A stretch of 63,014 bases of DNA, the filler included, from Intoshia linei (lineage: Eukaryota > Animalia > Orthonectida), in the NCBI GenBank assembly GCA_001642005.1. It is 11 parts of 11 records of this genome, joined end to end, with 100 filler letters (N's around TTAATTAATTAA, not from the genome) between each part and the next. Parts side by side here need not be neighbours in the genome. Positions count along the whole stretch, not along the records: positions 40,864 to 45,493 come from LWCA01001899.1; positions 45,594 to 48,866 come from LWCA01002121.1; positions 48,967 to 57,412 come from LWCA01001456.1; 8 more parts are not named here. The stretch is one strand, 5' to 3'. Position 1 is the first letter of the stretch. Each line of letters opens with the position of its first letter. A program made the translations under genes and the position numbers. Below, one piece after another: positions 43,130 to 57,512 of the stretch. The notes under the pieces were generated by a model. It was not told the DNA's origin. It worked only from the letters and a program-made list of their open reading frames with translations, and made no database searches.

Positions 43130-45190
43130 CTAGTAAATATGTGAAGGTGAATCAGAAGACATTTCCATTATTAGTGGCTCTGAAAATAAATATATTTATC
43201 TACTCCTCCACCAATCAAAATTTAAAGGATTTTTTCATTTGTATTAAAAATTGATATCAATAAAATTAAATATTTAAATTGCACAATGAAAACTTTAAAT
43301 TCAACCTTAAAATAACATTTTATAATTACATGGCAAGTTATTTCAATAATTTCAGAACCGTTTTGAGGAGCATTAATTTCCAAAATTTTATGGTGATATT
43401 CTTCAAAACCAGAATAACCATTATTCATGTATTTATAAAAGCTTTTCATCATTATCAGTCGATTTGAATCGTTAACAATATCTTGCAACTAAAAAAGATT
43501 GATAAGTACAATTAAAAATAGTACATTATAAGATAAATGTTCGAAAAGTTTTGGTAAAGTTAATATTAATTCCGCATCCTTCCTGAATTTGTTCTTAAAA
43601 TACACTTCAGCAGAATCATCAGTTCTGGTAATTAATCTTTCCAACTCATAATAGAAACGATCCAAATCAGTTCTGTTGGGATGACTTTTACACATTTTTA
43701 AAATTTTTGAAATAGTTTCATTACAATTCAACTTATATCTAGGTACATGTTCCTCATTTACATCTTTATGGAGTTTTATCATTGCTATAATATTATTTAA
43801 AACAATCGCAATATAAACCATAGACACAGCAAACGTTTCATCTCCAAAAAATATAGCTAAATTTTTATATTTATCATTGTAATCCAAAGGTACAGAATCA
43901 TTCCATTTTACAAAACTAGAATTTTTTTCTAAATCTAAAAATTTTAATAATTTTTATCAACTTGTTAAAATTACTAGTTTGATGTAATGCTTGGTTGGAA
44001 TCGTCATTAACATCACTGTCAAAATCAGTAGTAGGATAAAAGGAGCAGTTACCCAATCCAAACAAATCAGGATAGAATTTGCAAATTGTAATAACCATTC
44101 TATCAATAGTATTTTGGGTAAATATGGATTTTTTTTCGAGATATGAAACGAAAAGTTTAACAAATTTTGAGTAAACATCTCCATAACCTTTCGTAAATAC
44201 ACTGAGACTAATTTGACGAATTTTGTTTGGCTGTTCAGAGATATATTCTGTAAAGTTGTTCAAAACTTGAGGCGGAGCAATACGTTTTTCCATAAGTGAT
44301 TTATTTGCGTTAATTTCACTGTTAATCATGTAATTTAAATTTGCAAAAGTTTCACGACGCCATATATAATTATATTTGGATTTTATATGGTTCCATTCTT
44401 CATACTTTTGTTCTAATCTTCTGAGAACAACAGGAATAGCCACGGTTGGATTTATCAAACAAGATTTATAAATTGCATCAAACGCACCACCGTAAATTCG
44501 TTTTATAGCAATTGTGGGTAAAATTTCAGAGTCACCACCAAATTTTGCATCAACGGTAAATTTTTTGGCATCATTGACTGATAATGAAGACATGTGATTG
44601 CATAATACTTTAAATAAATTAATTATATCATAAGTCAACCCCAATATATTATCCGTTTCAAATCTTTCTTCTTCGATATTCGTTAAATTTTCAATGGGTA
44701 TAATTTCAATATTTCTCTTTTTTTCAGTCAAATCTAGGGCGGCCGGTTTGATGACACACGTTTCATTCAAAACAGAGTTACACAAATCGTTACGATAACT
44801 AGATTTTGGTAATCTCACATCATCCTCTAAAAAATAATAATATCCATCTGTGTGCTTCACGCAAGAGGTAAAGTTTGGTGCGATAGAGTTTACTAAAACA
44901 CGTTTTTCTTCAAAATTTTTTCCACAAATAATTTTTAGTAAAAGTTCATACAGTTCGGTATTAGTTTGGAAATAATCAAAAACCATATCCATAAAACAGT
45001 GTCCATCAATAATATTCATTTGAAATAAATTAAAGCATTTCAGAAAATGTACATAAACTTTTGATGAAATTTGAAATAGGAATGTTTTAAAGTTAAATAA
45101 AACGTCATATTCATTTTCTAAATATTCTGGATATTTCGCCTTTACGACTTGTAACTCTGTTATATATGTAGGAGCCTTTTCAATGGGAAT
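43130..45190 (-). CDS. Sin3 corepressor-like (PAH3, HID and C-terminal region), divergent; 5' end missing, 3' end approximate
   Basis: VYVHFLKCFNLFQMNII (PAH3), CNSVLNETCV, EEERFETD, IKRIYG, NPTVAIPVVLRRLEQKYEEW. Confidence 0.85.
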
Positions 45191-45669
45191 CTAAGTTTTG
45201 ATAAGTTTGTCTATAATATTACTAAAAAGATAAAAAGAAATTAGATCAGTGGTTGCAAAATGGTTCCACAGTAGTTTTAAAGTAAGTAGGGTTTTAAAGA
45301 TCACTTAGATCTAGTTTTTGAAGGACAGAATGATTAAAAATAACCAGTAATAACGGTGTTGTCATTTAAAATCTATGTAAATAAATTAAACTTCTTTTAG
45401 ATTAATATGAGTTTTTCGTGTTTGTCAGTTTTCATGTTATAACGATTTTTGTTTTATTTGTGGTGTATATTTATTCAAAACCAAACGGAGCTANNNNNNN
45501 NNNNNNNNNNNNNNNNNNNNNNNNNNNNNNNNNNNNNTTAATTAATTAANNNNNNNNNNNNNNNNNNNNNNNNNNNNNNNNNNNNNNNNNNNNCAAAATA
45601 AAATTATAAAACCTATTTTGTCATTTTCAATGTGATGATATATATTCCGAACCAATTTAATAAATATTT

Positions 45670-46692
45670 AAATATACCAATTGTGTATCAATAATTAATT
45701 TTATCATTATTGCAAAGGATTGTAATATATAAATGATTGATGTTAAAAATGTGTCCATACTTTTGGCCTTTTTTCTTGTGAATGTTACTTTTCTTTTTAG
45801 CATTTTCAAATTAAGTTAAAAGTTAGTATTAAACTTTTATAAATTCGTTGCCGTAGATGTTGTTCAAAATGTTTGGAAAATGAAAATTTGAAATTTAAAA
45901 ATTGCGAAGGAATGAATTATATAGATTTTCACCCATATATCTAGACTGGAAATGTGTAGACGTATAATCCACATTTTTTTTGAAATTGTAGGATCAATAT
46001 TTACATTTTCAATTTTTGATTTTAATTGATTTATTTGAAAAATATTGGTTGAATATATTAAAAGTATTTTTCACCCGGGAATGCGTAGATTTTTAGGGTT
46101 GAAATTTTGTATTTATATCAACTGGAATAAGCTCTATCAGAATAATTTTTTTTTTAAATTTTCGGACCGTTAATTATTTCATATTTTTTGTTTTAATAAA
46201 ATATTTCGGAAAAAAANAATAAAATATTTCGGAAAAAAAATATATGAATACTAAAATGCTTTTTTGACCGTGAAGTCGTCACTTATTCGGATTGAAATTT
46301 TTTATGTGTGTTAACATGATACAACTCTACCACTTGTAAATTTTTTGAAATTCTAGGGCGGTTTTCATTAAAAAAAGAAGGATAATTTGGGTTTTGGCTC
46401 TGAAGATATAATTTTAAATTTAAATTTATGATAATGTTTATGATTTTAAAATCCGTATCAGCGTATTTTTAAATTCTCCAACTCGTTTAATTTTCAAAAA
46501 GAGGGACAACAGGGGTTTTTGACCCTTAAGATGTGAAATTGGGAGTTTGAAATTTATCTTATTATACGCCCCGGAAAAAACTGTAATTGAAATGTGGTCT
46601 TTAAAAAAATTCTAAGAGTGCTAGTAATTTCAAGAAAGTAACACATACAGACAGACAAACAAAAATTGCATCGCATTTTATATAAGTTAGGA
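45670..46692 (-). mobile_element. Helitron-like long copy
   Basis: Reverse complement of the 20895 copy, including the TCCTAACTTATATAA 5' end. Confidence 0.75.
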
Positions 46693-46945
46693 TTAGTTTA
46701 ATTAATATATTTACTATAGTAATATTTTAATTGTAAATTTAGTACAAAAAGTGACCAGTTGCCGAAAAACGTGATCAATTTTCGAGAAGTTTACTGTATT
46801 AGAAAATATACAGCACATTTTAAAATATCAGTATTGCTTTATCAGTGTCAATTCATGTCTGTTTGTCTTTCTGATTAACATTATAGCATTTAATATTATA
46901 TAAATTAAAATTTTTATAGACATCACTTTTGGCTCATAAATTAAA

Positions 46946-47112
46946 CAATTCTGCTGGCTGTAATTTAACCACAAATATATTTTGGCTTATATTATTGAAA
47001 GCTTAGGTTAATTCTGCTGGCTTAAATTTAAATATAAATCCATTTTAACTTATATTGCATGATTAGGTTAATTCTGCTCACTGTAATTTAACAAGAAGTC
47101 AATTTTTACTAA
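46946..47112. repeat. About 60-bp tandem repeat, 3 degenerate units
   Basis: AATTCTGCT(GG/CA)CT..ATTTAA recurs at about 46948, 47010 and 47070. Confidence 0.75.
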
Positions 47113-47177
47113 AATAAAAATTTAAAGCAAATCATGTGACTTACAACAAAATAATTATAAAAATCATCAATTTACAA

Positions 47178-47618
47178 TCCTTACTTATATAATATGCTAC
47201 GCGATTTTTATTTGTGTGTGTGTTCCACTTTATTGAAATAACTACCATTCTTAGAATTTTATAAAGTCCACATTTCAATTACAGTTTTTTCCGGGACATA
47301 TAATAAAATATATTTCAACCTCCCAAACTCACATCTTACGGGTCAAAAACCTCAATTGTCCTTCTTTTTGAAAATCAAACTAGTTGGAGAATTTAAAAAA
47401 ATATATACGCTGATACGGATTTTTAAATCATAAGCATTATCATAAATTTAAATTTAAAATTATATCTTCATCGCCAAAACCCAAATTATCCTTCTTTTTT
47501 TAATGAAAACCGCCCTAAAATTTAAAAAAATTTACAGGTGGTACAGTTGTATTCTGTAAACACACACAAAAAATTTCGATCTGAACAAGTGACAACTTCA
47601 CGGTTAAAAAAGCATTTT
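47178..47618 (+). mobile_element. Helitron-like 5' half
   Basis: A|TCCTTACTTATATAATATGCTACGCG followed by the GT microsatellite. Confidence 0.78.
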
Positions 47619-47726
47619 GTTCTGTTTATTTTAGTTGTTTTAAAAGTAGCTACCGTTTATACGCAGTACAAAACAGAAAAACTACATATATATGTAAACT
47701 ATACATTTTTCAAATATAAATAATTA

Positions 47727-48651
47727 CAGAAGGAGATAATTGATGTAAAAAAGTCTTATACGCGTACAATTCTTTTAAAATATCTTCCTGTTTATTAATC
47801 TCACTATTTATGGCAACAATTTGAGCATAGAGTTTTTTAATTTCAGCATGTTTTTCTAGTTTGCTTTTAGTTTGTTTGTCAGCACTAAATAAAAATGTAT
47901 CAATAAAAAATGATGGAAACATTCTTATAGCTTCAACTGAATGTTTATCACTATGTTTTAAAAAATTATCGAAAGATATTGCGTCTTGTTCTAGTGACTG
48001 TTCAGCTTGTTTTAATCTTGCTTCTTCGGATATGGCTATTCTTTCTAACTTATAAATTTCATCACGTTTCACACCCAATAAATACTATAATATATTTTTA
48101 ATCTTGATTTATACGGTTTATAACAAGTTTACCTGTACTAGAAACATGTCTCGTTTTTGCTTTATATACTCTCCGAGTGACTCTTTTTCACTTGTACGAT
48201 CTAATTTTTAAAAGTTAAATATTACTTTATAGTATTGTGTTGATAGTCTGGTTGATTAAAAACTTTTTAATTTTGAAATTTTTTTATTTTTATACCTTTT
48301 GTAACTTTTAAAGTAAAATTTGCATCGTTTTTAACGGTTTTTGTTCCATTTTCTTTGTTTTCTTTATTAATAATCTCCTTCTCAAAATCAATATCAATTT
48401 GCTCATTTAATTTTTTCAATTCATTTCTAAATTTTAATCTATTGCTGATTTGTTTAGTTTTATTGCTATTTTTTTTACTGCGTAACAGTAAAGTTTTCTA
48501 AATTCATTAAGTTATTTTATTTTATTGAAAGTACATTTTTCTTTCTGATTTTTTCATTTTCATTGTATGTGTAAATATCTTTATCTTTTTGAATTGTAAA
48601 TGGGTTTATTGGTTTATTTTCACTTTTATTTAAAATCATCAACTGTTTTTC
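47727..48651 (-). CDS. CFAP100: CFAP100/CCDC37-38 family (DUF4200) ciliary protein, partial
   Basis: NPFTIQKDKDI; KESLGEYIKQKRDMFLVQ|YLLGVKRDEI..EEARLKQAEQSLEQDAISFDNFLK. Confidence 0.85.
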
Positions 48652-48679
48652 TAAAAAAAGTGTTATTTATATTAACCAA

Positions 48680-48866
48680 CTTCTGCAGAAAGAATAGCTT
48701 CAATTTACAATTGGAGGGTGTCGTGGAAACTTCCCCTGAATAAACAGAAATGTTGTTATATGTATGTATCTCATAATACGAACACATTTCAACTCCATCT
48801 TTCTACTAATGCAACCATTCTACAAAACAAGGAAAGTGTCAGGGATCTAGGGGTCATATTCACCAA
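48680..48866 (+). mobile_element. Non-LTR retrotransposon (LINE) RT C-terminal fragment
   Basis: WKLPLNKQKCCYM..ESVRDLGVIF is typical of CR1/L2/Jockey-group RT ends. Confidence 0.75.
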
Positions 48867-50443
48867 NNNNNNNNNNNNNNNNNNNNNNNNNNNNNNNNNN
48901 NNNNNNNNNNTTAATTAATTAANNNNNNNNNNNNNNNNNNNNNNNNNNNNNNNNNNNNNNNNNNNNAATCTTAATTAAAACATATAATGTATACATAATC
49001 GTGATCAGCGCATAAAAATATATCTAGGCAAATATACTTTTTGATCTTTAAAAAAGTGGACACCCTATTGTACATTATTAATATAGTTGATTAATTGCTC
49101 TATTAATAAAAACTTGAATATAAAATGAAAATAAATTTAAATTTAAAGTAAAATTAAAAATCTATGAATCTTATGAAAATTTTAAATTAGTGTAATTAAC
49201 TAGTTACTAATCTCACCAAAATAAAGTAGCACTTTATTTAAATGTTTATGTATAATAAAGTTTAGTTCTTTTTCAATGTAATTGAAAATTTTGCAAAATA
49301 TTATATGCTATACAGGTTATGTAGTTAATAACATGTTAAAATGTTCATTTTTTTTTAATGGATATGATTTTTTCTATACTTTTCATGTTGAGAGTCAAGC
49401 ATACCATATCCCGATACCTTCTTTTTGAGTTTTATACTATGAAAGGCGTCATAATTAACTTATATCAAACGATTTAAATTTATTGATGTACTTTTTATAC
49501 CTATTTCTTAGAACTTTTGTTGTTAGTACTGAGTAATTGAACCAAAAATTGAATCTAAGTGATTCAAAATTTAATGTCTGTTAGGTATTGGTTGCAGATA
49601 TTAGTTTTCGTTTAAACGTATTGCCGTTATTGTTAATACCCAGTTTGACTTATATGAAGGTTAACAACTCCTGATTAATGATATGCAGAGAAATGTGTTA
49701 TTTTATAATAAGATAGTAATGTTAATATAACTAACTAATAATATAATATATAATAATATAATAATGTAACTAATAAAATCTGATATTTAAGCTCTTCGGT
49801 TACCTTTTATTTACAAAAATCAAGATTATTCAAAAAACTACAACTTTTTTATTTATATCATGTTATCTTCTTAATGGATAGTACTTTTCAAATAATATAC
49901 TAATAGTAATGAATATCAGTAGTAATAACATATGTATGTATATAGGTGTGGGAGTGTATTAAGTTAAGTCATTACGATTATCTTTTCAAATAATGTTCAT
50001 ATTTCCATATTACAGTAATAATATTTTGGTGAAATACAGAATTGGCGAGTTATAGAGAGAATACTGTATTATGATAAAACGTTTTCGCAACTAGAAACAT
50101 TTTGATAAGATTAAATAATTTAGAATAATAGGTCATACCTCCTTAGTTAGGTCATAAACTGCTAATTTAAAAATTAATTCAAATCAAAATTAAGTTATAA
50201 AGTTCAAATGAAAAGTTAAACAAATATTTATTCGATACATTCTAAGAGAAATTTTAAAATTTGCAATATTTTAGAGTGAAAGAATAAACAAATTATTGGA
50301 GAAAAAAATTAATATTGAAAGAAATTATTAAAATAAAATTAATTTTGACAAAAAATTTGTACAATTGTAATTTGTAAGTAATATTAAACAAATTTCAAGT
50401 AGTGACACATCATTTAAAGTATATATTAAATTGAATTATCAAA

Positions 50444-51213
50444 ATGGCAATATCACATGTCATTACTACAATATACGGGTTTTTGTTGTCAATATTATTG
50501 TTGAAACAGAACACAGAGAATCGCACAAATTAATTACATTTGGAATATATTCTATTTCTAGACATCCGTCTTATGTCGGTTGGTTTTTATGGTCATTGGG
50601 AATGCAAGTAATTTTGTGTTATAACTCTTGCGAGACTATGCTGATTTTCAAAATTGAAAATAAAAAATTTCACTTTTGAAATGTTAAAAAACACTAAAAT
50701 GTCATTGATTTGTAAAGTGAACAACTTAAATTTGGTTTAGAATTAGCAATAAAATATATTTAATTTATGACACGTAAATTACGTGACGTAATTACAACCA
50801 CATCGAGTGATTGTATTTTATTAGAATATAATTTGTTTTATTTTTGGCACAAAGTAAACATTGATAATACATTTATTTTTTTGTTCATAATTTATATTAG
50901 TACCGCGATATTTTGGTTTGTATACAAACCAACGTAAATTTATGAGTGTAGTTTTTGTCATCTATACATGCCATTGTCTCGTAAGGGTTAAAGTTTATTT
51001 TAAATTTTTTGTTTAGGTCATACTTGTTAATCCGATTACACTATATATTACGCTTTTGGCGTCTCGTAAATTCTTTTCGGATATAATTATTTATGAAGAG
51101 GGACTTCTTTTGGATATATTTATAAAAATTATCGCAAAAAAACACCCATTTTACTTCCTTTTTCTATCAATGTTCCTCCCTTTATAAATATAATGAAAAA
51201 TAAATTAAATTAA
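50444..51213 (+). pseudogene. ICMT: Isoprenylcysteine carboxyl methyltransferase, internally deleted and frameshifted
   Basis: HKLITFGIYSISRHPSYVGWFLWSLGMQ|VILVNP..YEEGLL, then an out-of-frame YKNYRKKTPILLPF. The middle of the protein is absent. Confidence 0.75.
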
Positions 51214-51256
51214 AATAAGGATATTGTAAATTGAAATGTTTATATTAACATCATCA

Positions 51257-54200
51257 TTAAATAGCTTCGCTAATCAAATTTTCCGAATCTAAAGGGTTGT
51301 TTTCATCTTTATTAACATTATGGTCGGTAGGAATACCAGTAGTACTATCTTCAGTTGTATCGTTACATTCCAATTTTTCTGTCATGTCGCTACTATAAAT
51401 AAATGAATATATTCAGTTGAACCATGTTTTGTAATGGAATATATATTTTTTCAATTGTGTTAAAAAATATACCAGTGAATCACTGGCAGTGATGGAAAAA
51501 GGTGTAATAGAACATGAATATTTAAATCAAATTTTATAAGTTCATAAGAAATAGGGTTGAACTAGTGCTATAGGAAGTACTACATTATTTAAAATTAATT
51601 TAATTGAATACAATAAGGTTTCATTATGATCATACCTGGAGTGTAAATTGAGTATTTCACTGTATCTTTCCAGTTTCTTCATTTGATAATAATCATTTAA
51701 AGATCCAATCATTACAAATTTGCAATTTAGCATATACGACTAAATTTTTCATATTATATAAATGTATATCACACTCATAGATATGTAACTATTAAAATGA
51801 CTATTAAAATCAGCAAATTATTTAGTGTTACCATAAATACGTATTCGGCATTTTGCCAATACGTATTTATTTGCTTAGACTAGGGATTCTCAATCTGGAC
51901 AATTTAATTTAAAATTGATAATGTAATTTCCTTATAAACTACATTAAACCAGTCTCTCAAAAAGAATAATATTTAAAATATTAAGATTTAATTTGCAAAA
52001 ATGTATTAATACAGATAATATTTATCGTGTACTTTTTTTTTGTACATAAAATTTAATATATCTGTGTGTGTTACCGTTTATTTAAAAAATTAACAAAAAC
52101 CCAATTTTTAATACTAATTTTCGCGGGTGATGTGAATATCTAAGTTTCATTTTCTGAAATTGAGTCCTTCAGGGTCAAAACTCCAATTCCTTTTTTTTTT
52201 TAAAAATAAAATCCACCCAAAAATTTAAAAAACATATTCTGGGACGCGTTTTAAAATCATTAACCCTGTCTTAAATCTTAAATTCAGAAACGTTAGATTT
52301 TATACAAATCATACTAATTTTTATTTCCAAAAATTGAGTCATTCAAGATTAAAAACCCTTTATCCATTTGTAAAAATCAAACAAGTCCTAACATTTTATA
52401 AAATATACACCTGATACAAATTTTAAAATTATCCAAATTATGATAAATTTCATTTTGAAAAACTGGTATCTTCATAGCCAAAACCTTAAAATTACCCTTA
52501 GTTTTAAAAATGAAAAATGTCCTTAAATTATATAAGACACTAGGTTGATTGTTATATACTACGTACAGACAGGATCTAGCTCTGCCAAGGGCACATTTTT
52601 ATAATACCTAAAAAATACATTTATGTTTTCATTAAAAAAAGAAGGGTAATTTGTGGTTTGGGCCCTGAAGATATTATTTTTTTTAAATTTATATTATGAT
52701 AATGTTTATGATTTTAAAATCCGTATTAGCATATATATTTTTTTAAATTCTCCAACTCGTTTGATTTTTAAAAACGGGTTTTTGACCCGAAGATGTGAAA
52801 TTTGTAAGTTGAAATTATGTTTGCGAAAACCCCCGGAAAAAAGCTGTAATTGAAATGTTGACTTTATAAATCCGAGTCTTAACTAAGTCCGGAAAATTAT
52901 TTAAATAAAGCGGAACACATACACACACACAAACAAAAATCGCGTAGCATATTATATAAGTTATGATAAATTCTGGGATAATTTTTAAAACCATCAGCAT
53001 TATGACAAATTAAATCCTCAAAAAATTGTATTTTCACAATCATAACCCAGATCTTTTCAAAACATTATTGCCCATACTGTCATATCAAGGTAACACACAC
53101 AAAAAAATTTAATCTCACAAAGGTGACGCCTTCACAATCTAACAATCAATTTGGTTGTCATTTTTTGTTTTTATTTGTACTATTTTATTAAAAAACGAAA
53201 ATATTAAATAACCTATTGTCCCAGAATTAAAAAATAAGATTATTCTGATACAAATTATTGTAGTTAACCATCCAATAATCCTTACTTATCTTTACTTATA
53301 TAATATGCTATGCAATATTTGTTTGTGTGTTTGTGTTACCGTTTATTTCAATAACTACCAATCTTAGAATTTTATAAAGTCCACCTTTCAATTACAGTTT
53401 TTTCCATGCGTGTTAGAAATTTAAATTTCAACTTCCCAAACTTACATCTATCGGGTCAAAAATCCCAATTGTCATTTTTTTGACAATCCAACGAGTTGGC
53501 AAATTAAAAAAAATATGTTACCAGGGCCATAACCCAAAATTACTCTTTTTATATAAAAATATCCCTAGAATTTAAAAAAATTTAGGCCTAAAATAAATGA
53601 CGCCTTTACAGTCAAAAAAGCACTTAAGTATTTATATATTTTTTTCCGAAATATTTTATTAAAACAAAAAATGTGTATGAATAATTAATTAGTTGAATTG
53701 ATCTTAAAGTAATTTTAAATAATAAAATAAAAAAAATAGAAACTTACGACATCTATATCATATTCTGGATAATAATCGTTTTCTCTCAACATGATACTTA
53801 AACTGGTTTTTTCTAAAATTTAAAAAAAATAAATATCTTATATTTACCATTTAATTTGTTCTTTAATGCATGCAAATCACGAAAATTCAAAGGTGGGCTA
53901 ATGTCAATTATAAATCCATCCATCGAGCAATTTTCAGTGATTTTGGAATAATTATTTAATATCCACTTTTTACCATACTTAATATTATTTGATTCAAAAA
54001 TATTTATACTATTTGACAATTCCTTTGATTTTTCGTATAAATTATTCCATGATGTATTATCCTGAAAAATCAAATTTTAAATGTTATTTTATTAATTTTG
54101 TAAAATTAATAAAAATTTTTTCTTAAATTACTTCCGTTTTTATCGGGTCTACAAGTGTTTGAACAAAAGGATATTTTTCCAAAATATCCATCCAGTAAAG

Positions 54201-56446
54201 TACCATTTCTTCGCTATTTTTGTAATTTGACGTTAAAACTTCATATTTCATTTTTTCCTATATATAATAGAAAATATATTGGGGTGTTTTACATATGAAC
54301 CAAACCTACCAAGCTCGAAACCCCGAAAATGAATTATAGTACTTTAAAGCTTAAAAGCATTTTATCAAACGATGCGTAGTATTATATAACCCCTCCCACC
54401 TCTCAAGAATCTTGAGTGGACAATTGAAATTAAACGCATAAAATATTTATGATATTCATGAATTAATTTTTTAATGCTCACTTCAATTTTTAAAATTTTC
54501 GACGAAACACGCCTTCAGAAAAAGATATCGGTGCAGTTTGTTCTTCTGTATTTCACATTTTGGATAAATTTAGGTTTTAAATAACCCATTTTAATCAATT
54601 AATCATCCTTACTTATATAAAATTATGCAGCTTAAAATGAAATAATGAATAAATTCTACGAACATAGATAGTTTCTACCTTAAAATACTAAATTTTTTTT
54701 TTAAAAGAATATACTTAATGTATAACATTTCTCATATTTTAAAAGCATTAAATTTACACTATCATAAAAATTATAAGCTCCACAATTGATGGCGACTTTA
54801 ATTTTATTCTCCATTTCCAAAGATTTTAAATTATCGGATATAATATCCAAAATTATTTCAATTTTGTCAAATTGAATAGGCAAGGTAGTTAAAATTGCAT
54901 TTGCATTCTAAAAATATTTTCCATGTAAAATTTAAAAATATTGATCATTATTATACCAAATTTTTTCCAATATAAAATTCTTGAATATTTTTGAAAATTT
55001 TTTGATAACAAGAAATCATCTAAATTTTAAATTACATCATTGAACATATTAACTATATATGGTAACTTAGAATTTACTGTTCATTACCTGATTTTTGTCA
55101 AAGTAATCCATATAAAGAAACATTGATTTGATACATTTGATTTTTCCAACTATTTTATTTTGAGACTGACATACAAGAATACACAATTTAGTTTCATAAA
55201 AATTATCATTTCTAGGGTAAATTTCAATTAGATGATGATAAAATTTTTTTTTCAACATTTTACAAGACAAATACAACATTTCAATAGACACGGATAATAT
55301 TTCTGTTCCAGGTATTTTTTCAAATGATTCTGGGTATATTTCAAGTCTTTGTATTTCATCTTCAATCTGTTTTGTTTTTTTACGTGTTTTATGTGAAGCA
55401 CTAAAAATTTTTGAATATAGTATAGTTAAACGTGTCCAAATATAAAAAAAAATTTAATTATATTGAAAATGTAAAAATGTGAAAAAAAACCTTGAATTCC
55501 CTTTATCTGGTTTATCAGTAGTTTCATCTTTATCAGTTTCAGAAATACTTTCCAACATTTTAAAATGATTTTCAACAACTGTTTTATATAAAATTCTACA
55601 TAAAATGAAAATGAAAATAAAATGCAAATTTTTATAACATTCAGGCATAGCTCACTTAATCAACTGTCAAATAAATGAACGAATTATACAACCAGTAAAA
55701 TAGTTTTGCTAGTCTTCTATACATGTGGCGAAATTATAGCAACATTTATTACGTTGCGTCAACGTAAAAAACTTTTTAACAAACTCTCTCGTTCATGGAA
55801 CTTGGACACGGCACAAATTAGTTCGTCAAGTGAGGTATGCCATATAAATCTTACTCAATGTGATTCTGTATGTCGTTGTAACTGTACAAACTTTTTCCAA
55901 TAATTTTCACAAAGTAATTTGTTATATTAAAATATTCTATACATTTTTCAATAGAATTATTATTTTTTTCAATTGATTGACTTTCTCCAAAGTTTTCACA
56001 AATTATGTATCGGGGACCCATTGACTATAATTAAGATTTATATGTGTTATTTAAAATATACAAAAATTTTATTTTTATAATTTAAGATTATATCAATTTG
56101 CAATGCTTTTTTTTCTATTGTAATGAATCCTTGTTTTGTTTCAATCTAAACAACAATTTATTTATACAAAATTTTATTTAATTACATTATGAATTGTCGG
56201 TTCAGTTGAATAAGATGAAAAATAGTTTCCCTAATTAATAAACATCTTTTAGAATTTTATTATTTTTAAAATTACCATAAAACCGTACATGTCTATTGGT
56301 CTTGATTTTACTAGAGCATTTAAACAATAATTAATATTTTCAAGTAAATTTTTTGAATTTTTAAAATAATTTATGGCTTGGATTCGTTTTTTTACTATAT
56401 CGTTGTTATTTTCATCTAGGGTACAATTGTTTTCGTAATTATTCAT
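51257..56446 (-). CDS. ENO4: Enolase 4 (divergent enolase), multi-exon
   Basis: QAINYF..LNALVKSRPIDMYGFM (ENO4 N-terminus), KVAINCGAYNFYD, YWMDILEKYPFVQTLVDPI, CKFVMIGSL..KLERY, then an acidic tail ending ISEAI*. Confidence 0.78.
52030..53680. mobile_element. Cluster of Helitron-like fragments in both orientations inside an ENO4 intron
   Basis: A minus copy at 52540-52965 (CTAG end to TATATAAG) interrupts an older diverged copy; a plus copy starts at 53279 (TCCTTACTTAT). Confidence 0.7.
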
Positions 56447-56565
56447 ATTATTTTATTATTATTGTTTTAATAGAGTAAAATTTCTAATTTTTTCCTTGTA
56501 TATGTAATTCAAAATTATAATTTTTAGCATAGATACAAAAACAAATAATAAAATTTTATACATTA

Positions 56566-57008
56566 CTAGTTGACTGTTATGCACTACGTACAAACAGCAT
56601 GTAGCTCTGCCAAGGGTACATTTTTATTCCATCAAAAAAATAAGTTTAATAACAAAATCTACTTAAAAATTTTTAATTATTTCAAATTTTTTGTTTTACA
56701 ATTTTGTTAATAAGTGTTAATAAGTGTCATAATAAAAAAATAAATATTAAAGTGTTTTTTTGACCGTGAAGGTATTACTGTGTCAGATTTAAATTCTAGG
56801 ACTATTTTCATTTTATAAAAAAAGGAAAACCTTGAGTTTTGTTCATGAAAATGCAAAAAATTCTTTTTTAAAGTTGTAATTTATTATAATGCTTATGATT
56901 TTAAAAACTATCACAGAATTTTACCTTACTTATATAATATGCTACGTTATTTTTGTTTTTGTGTGTGTGCTAGGTGCTGTTTGTATGTTGTACATAACAG
57001 TCAACCTA
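56566..57008. mobile_element. Rearranged Helitron-like fragments with outward-facing 3' ends
   Basis: CTAGTTGACTGTTATG at the left and CATAACAGTCAACCTA at the right. Confidence 0.65.
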
Positions 57009-57235
57009 ATCATTTTATTATTTCATTAATATTTAATCTGTTTTTAAGTCGATATACTTTTTACAACGTAAAAAATGTTTTATATTCCTTACTATTATTT
57101 TTTGTGATTTAAAACAACATACCATTTCAAACTATAAATTTTTATTGTATATTATAGGTAACGGTGTTTGATTTGAATATAAATAAAATAATACAAAATA
57201 TATTTATTGATTAATATTGTGACAATATTATACAT

Positions 57236-57412
57236 TTATAAATAACACGAATTCGATTTTGAGAGAATTTTTTGATATGGTCTTTTAATATCATCACATG
57301 TAATGTTAGACAAAACATTAAAATAATTTGGCCAGCAATACTTTTCGTAATAACTGAAAGAAAATATTGGTTTATAGCCAGCCAAATCAATGTTTTGCAT
57401 TTTTCCATTAAA
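57236..57412 (-). CDS. Possible 3' terminal exon of an unidentified gene
   Basis: Open frame from the block edge, FNGKMQNIDLAGYKPIFSFSYYEKYCWPNYF..SCYL*. No family recognised. Confidence 0.3.
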   Translation of the reverse strand, partial: FNGKMQNIDLAGYKPIFSFSYYEKYCWPNYFNVLSNITCDDIKRPYQKILSKSNSCYL

Positions 57413-57512
57413 NNNNNNNNNNNNNNNNNNNNNNNNNNNNNNNNNNNNNNNNNNNNTTAATTAATTAANNNNNNNNNNNNNNNNNNNNNNNNNNNNNNNN
57501 NNNNNNNNNNNN

